The notes under the pieces were generated by a model. That model ran no database searches and was not told where the DNA came from. It saw only the letters and a program-made list of their open reading frames with translations. From Eledone cirrhosa (lineage: Eukaryota): a stretch of 64,000 bases of DNA. The DNA lies in NCBI GenBank assembly GCA_964016885.1, contig OZ024755.1:9424001-9488000 (forward strand), written 5' to 3'. A program made the translations under genes and the position numbers. How positions within the stretch are numbered: the stretch's first letter is position 1; the number at the start of each line of letters is the position of its first letter. Shown one piece after another: positions 58,740-64,000 of this stretch.

Positions 58740-59763
58740 CACAGAATACTAGCTCATTCCATTGCCCAGATGGTTCTATAGAAATAGTGGACACCTTCCG
58801 TTACCTGGGTGACAAAATCAGCAGTGGTGGAGGGTGCTCCGAAAGTACAGTAGCTAGAGTCCGAACGCGATGGAAAAAGTTCAGAGAGCTTATACAACTA
58901 TTGGCCGCTAAAGGTTTCTCTCTAAAAATAAAAGGCAGGCTGTATGATGCCTGCATATGAACAGCGATGTTACATGGCAGTGAGATATGGGCCTTGTGTG
59001 CAGAGGATCTACGCAAACTGGAGAGGAACGAAGCTTGCATGCTCCGTTGGATGTGTAATAGTAATATACGCAAACGGCAAAGCATAAATTAACTAAGTGA
59101 GAAATTAGGAATAAGAGGGATCAGATGCTGTTTACTCAAGAGAAGACTACGTTGGTATGGTCACGTGATGCGCATGAAAGATGACAGCTGTATAAAAAAA
59201 GTGCAGGGCGATCAAAATAGACGGTAGCTACGGAGTAGGCAGACCCAGAAAAACCTGGGACGACTTGATAATAACCGACCTCACACACTTACACCTCTCC
59301 AAGACAATGTCACTGGACCGAGATCTTTGGCGCTACGTAGTAATACAGAAGACCCGCCTTGCCTAAGTACAAAGCGAAACCTACAGTCAGTAGGCACCTC
59401 TTAACCAAAATACACCCCCGTCCCGCTAACCCTACCCCCACCGCCATCTACACCACCCCTTTCGATGTAAAGCTATGTTGGTACCACAACATCCAGTCCT
59501 AAATAAATGAGGTCGTGTAGGTGTCACGACAAAAAAACACACAGTCCACGCTGTAATGTGGCAGTGTAGGTAACACGGTAAAAACCTCCCAGTCCACACT
59601 GTAAACGTGGTTGGTGTTAGGAAGAGCATCCAGCCGTAGAAAACCCGCCAAACAGTCCTGAGCAAGACAACCAATCTTGCCTCAAGTGGGACAATTCCCG
59701 TCCAGACCCATGCTAGCGTGGAAAATGGACGTTAAACGATGATGATGATTATGATGAAGATGA
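58740..59763 (+). mobile_element. 5'-truncated RTE-clade LINE (degenerate RT C-terminus, 3'UTR and (GAT)n tail)
   Basis: Encodes VDTFRYLGD...KGRLYDAC*..MLHGSEIW...RRLRWYGHVMR...GRPRKTW with stops and a frameshift; ends ggacgttaaacgatgatgat. Confidence 0.9.
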
Positions 59764-60659
59764 TAACCAATCCTCAGAAATCGAAATCAATTGATTAACT
59801 CACAGTACCCTGCCAGCCGTTGCCCACTAAATACATGTAATACAAAGTAAATATTTAAAAACTATATTTACATTCTTAAAAAGAAACAGAACTGCATCCT
59901 ATTACATCAAAGTCTTTACTTTAGTTTACTACAAATTTCTACAGCGAACTACACTAATAAAGTAGCAGCAAACATTTGAATTACCAAATTTGTTTTTATA
60001 TATTTTCCGCTAAGTCATAACAGTTTGTAAAGCTGTCTCCGTCAGTGGTTTCATTGCTTTATTGTTTGTTTGTTCTTTGTTTTTTATTTTGTTTTTGTTT
60101 TTATGCACCCAAATCTCGGATGATTATGAAATACCGAGTTAGTTTATTTAATTTAAAAGGAGCTGATTGTTAGATCGAATCATTGGTTTTTCCATTGCTG
60201 ATACTAATGTTCACAGCTCCTGATAGAACGAGGCGGGATTTGAGCTCACATTGCATAAAACCAGATCAGATACTGCAACACATTTCGTCCGACTTGACTT
60301 TTTTTTAAACAATTCTGCGAAACCACCTTTATTTATCGACCATGAAGGGATGAGAGACAAAGTTGACCTCGGCAAAATTTGAACTCAGAGTACTTGGTCG
60401 ATACAGTTATCATCTATTGTCTGTTTTATTTTATTTTTTTGTGTGTGTGGTGGTGATGGGGGTGGGTGGGGTTAAGTTATTAAATATTTTAAAAACAAAA
60501 ACATGCCAAATCATGTGACACCATACGACCTCCTCAGTTGCTTTCCATATTTCCACAACGGTGTTCCGCGGTAAAGATGTTTAGCGATTTATTTATTGAT
60601 CGCAGTAAATTATTATATATTTAGTTATACCTGCCGCTCTCTGATAGATTTGTAATAGA

Positions 60660-60870
60660 ACCTGTAGCAGAGAACAGGAAGACAGGGAAATACAGAAGCA
60701 TTTCCGTCCGCTTCCTCTTTGCAGTGATCGCCGTCGAGACCTCAGGCATCCTCGGACAGCTGACCTCCTCCGTAAAATCGGATCGATAGCAGCCCGTCTA
60801 AGGAAGGAGCACCGCTATTGCAACATGTGCCGCTGGACATTGTCCGCAGCCGAAACACCACTATGACTTA
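60660..60870 (+). mobile_element. CRE-like (restriction-like endonuclease) non-LTR retrotransposon relic
   Basis: Encodes AENRKTGKYRSISVRFLFAVIAVETSGILG, matching the K..KY...F...AVET.G RLE motif. Confidence 0.6.
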
Positions 60871-62018
60871 GGTGTAGAGTCTGTCACCATCTCCCCTTCC
60901 TCCCTTTCTTTCTTCTTTTGTCCTTTTCTTTCACTCCTTTTCTTCTCGTCTTTCCAATACTACTCTCTAATTCTGTATGTTTAAATAACTCTACTTCCTC
61001 TTTATTTCTTTAAAAAATCTGTTTATTTATTTATTTTAAAATATTTTCAATCTGTACGCCGTTAGTAAAAATAAGTTTGGAGATCACAGCACTTGAGTTT
61101 TAAAAAAAACGATTGCTTGGTTGCGATGTAGCGTTCACAAATCAAAAGTAAATAAACAAATAAATAAAACTCATAAAAAATTGGATCTTGAAAGTTAAAT
61201 CCTATTACTGCCATTGGAACACGCGCCTTTATTTGTTTGTATTAAGTTGCTGGCAATCATATCTACCAAGCCTTCTTTTAACTAACTATTAATACAAGCA
61301 AATAAAACACATTGTTGTTCCCCACCCCCTCTTTCTGTCAAAATACGAAGGTCGGCTGAAAAGTTCATTGACTGACTATGAAGGAATGATGATGCTAGGG
61401 CTGTGAAATTTTGCATGTATTAATTTCAAATCTTGTTATTTATAACCATTGAACCACAGACTACGCAGCACTTCCTGATATTCCCCCTACTGGAACACCC
61501 CTACACAGTATTGGACTTGGCAGAATTTAATGAGAAAGGACAGCAAAGTGTTCAGCTGTGGTGGAACCACATCTAGCCAAGCTTTGTAACTGACACTCTT
61601 GTGGACACGACAAGAAAAAAAGATTAATAACTGCATTGTTCCTTTCCAGGGACTATGTTGAAAAATAAACCAATTTAGTCATTCCATGAGAGTATCTTGG
61701 TCAGTCTATGAACTTTTTAACCGAACCTCGTACCAAATACTGGCGGGTTTTCCTGTCTGCTTTTTGTCAGTGAAACACATCAACAATTTCAATCAAGCAA
61801 TGCATATTTTGGTGCACTTTTACGTTAAGTCGAAACTTTATTCAAAAGAGATATTTATCTATATTACCATAACATAAAGTAGAAATATGTATGTATGAAC
61901 TCGTAACTACTGCTGATGAAGTCGTAGGGTGCCTCTGTGACATACAGTGTGTCATGAGAATTGTTTTTAAACCTGGTGGAGCTAATCCCCTCTCCAGATC
62001 TGACATAACTGATTTATT

Positions 62019-62055
<37 letters not shown>

Positions 62056-62104
62056 CACACAGAATAAATTACCTTTTTATAATGTCTACCTGTTATTATT
62101 CATT

Positions 62105-62146
<42 letters not shown>

Positions 62147-64000
62147 GAGAGAGAGAGAGTGTGAGAATCTCCCCCAGTGCTAGGCTGATACTTTTTTAGC
62201 GACCTCGGAAGAATGAAAGGCAAAGTTGCCCTCGGTAGAATTCTAACGAATTCATTCACCACCTAAAGTAGAAATATAGGTAATTAAAAATACAGTAAAA
62301 TTATTTCTACTTCCTTCTTTAGTCAATAAATGAAGCAAAGTTATCAACGAGAAACATGGACTTGGTGAGGTTCTTGGCAATGTTTTTCATTCTTAGTTGT
62401 TTTCCCTCTTTGTCATTTATATATGGAGTTTGTTACGAATTTCAATTTGTATTTTTCATATTTTGAAATAGAATCTTGCTTTTTCGCGGCACACCTAATT
62501 ACATCTTGTGGCACATAGTTTAGGAAACACTGCTCTACTATATGATATAATAAAAACTCGGCTGCTTTTTTAGAGATTCGAGAACAGTTGACGGTGAGTC
62601 AACACATCTTCCTATTTCTAGTTTCATGACCAAAACAATTAACAAGGGGTAAACATTATTCATATTACATTCTATATATTTACGAGGTAGTGAGAGAAAA
62701 CAGTGGTTTCTAATTTAGGCAGAAGACCAACAATTTGGGGGAAGGAGAATGTCGATTAAATCCAAATAATAATAATATAAGAAGAAACTCTACACCCTTA
62801 GTTGGGCAGTATATCTCAGCTGCACTCCACAGACATGATGGCAAACGCAATGCCGTGGAATATAGCTAGCGATACCCGCTGCATCAGCCATTCCACTTCA
62901 TGGAGCTCCTTCCTTGGATGGGATGCCATCTTCCAGATTTGGCGGGGCAGAGAAAAACGATGGTAGTGTTTAATTATGTATATACAATAAGGCAAATTGG
63001 CAGAGTCGTTATAACGTCGAATAGAATGCTTTGCAGTATTCGTTCCGACTCTGTTCTCATCCCAACGAGGTCAACATTGTCTTTCATTTAAAGACGATAA
63101 AAAAGTACCAGTCTAGTACTGGGCTTGATTCTTTCTCTATGTCTCTTTCTCACTATCCTTCTCTGGAAGAAATCTGCAGTATTCAGACCTGGAGAGATGA
63201 TGGGTTTTAAAATGCCACAGAAACGCCATATGACCCTCAGGAGTTACGGGTGTATATATATAGATAAAGATATATACCACACACAATGATTTATATTATC
63301 ATCTGTAAACTATGTCACCCAGACCACATGCAAAACCTCATCAGTTATTTTATGATACGTGTAATGTTATGATTATATAAACATAAATTTATTTTTTTAT
63401 AAAACTCAATCTTTAGGTCCAATTTTATTGGTTTAAGTTATTTCGTTTCTTTCTATCAATCATTCACTCACACCTTCTCTTGCTGACTAGAATCAAGGCT
63501 GACTAAAATCATCAACTAATAAAAACGAAACATACAATGTTTATTAAATTATTCTTTTAGTAGTGCAGCTTGACATATGATGAATAATACAGCCCACTAT
63601 GGTTCATTCACACACGCTTTCTCTCAATTACAATTTTACTGGAATTATGAACCAGTCAAAACGAAACATAGACAATGTTTGTTATAATAGTCTTTTAGTT
63701 ATGTGACCCAGAAAAAGACAACCTGTGCCAAATTAACTCTAATCAGTAACACAGTAAAATTGTTATTATTATTTATATCTGGCTGGATATGGACGGTTTA
63801 AATGCTAAAGTGTTAAAGGCTCAATAATGTGCCTCTCTGATGTCTGCGCCTTGGCGATTACTTAATTGTCTTTAATGATTAGGCCGGTCCTATGCTTAGC
63901 TCACTGGAAATTGACTTTCTATGCTATAAAGTTCAGCTTGTATGTATGGATAGATCCGTAACTCCTGATGGAGTCGTAGGGGCACCATATTGACATATGG

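Noticed and set aside
61912-61945. CTGATGA motif (also 15171, 26651 and 957) as hammerheads
   Set aside because: None has a paired stem II followed by GAAA. The 61912 motif belongs to another dispersed repeat (related at 63955, 63160-63250 and 12950-13085).

Overview
Eukaryotic, very AT-rich, microsatellite-dense animal DNA. The SINE/LINE repertoire and (TA)n load suggest an octopus or other coleoid cephalopod (inference). There are two protein-coding genes on the + strand: an 11-exon divergent SLCO/OATP organic-anion transporter (178-13464, all splice phases consistent, ~618-631 aa) and a single-coding-exon RDH14-like short-chain dehydrogenase (57141-58130). Nearly all other listed ORFs are translations of (TA)n/(CA)n/(GA)n microsatellites. 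The 13.7-55 kb intergenic region is a patchwork of a ~10.7 kb-period duplication, inverted copies and ~15 copies of a ~350 bp module, with a 200-N gap. The most notable signal is at least three families of short non-coding elements inserted in (TA)n tracts. They carry type I hammerhead-ribozyme motifs (complete, minimal or truncated, with covarying stems) and repeatedly form fold-backs of an inverted partial copy plus a longer 3' tail, as expected for non-autonomous Penelope-like/retrozyme elements. The window also holds RTE, CR1, L1/Tx1-like and CRE-like LINE fragments, a bipartite non-autonomous RTE derivative, twin-priming-type inverted RTE insertions, tRNA-derived SINEs, mariner and piggyBac-type MITEs and a 40-bp minisatellite.
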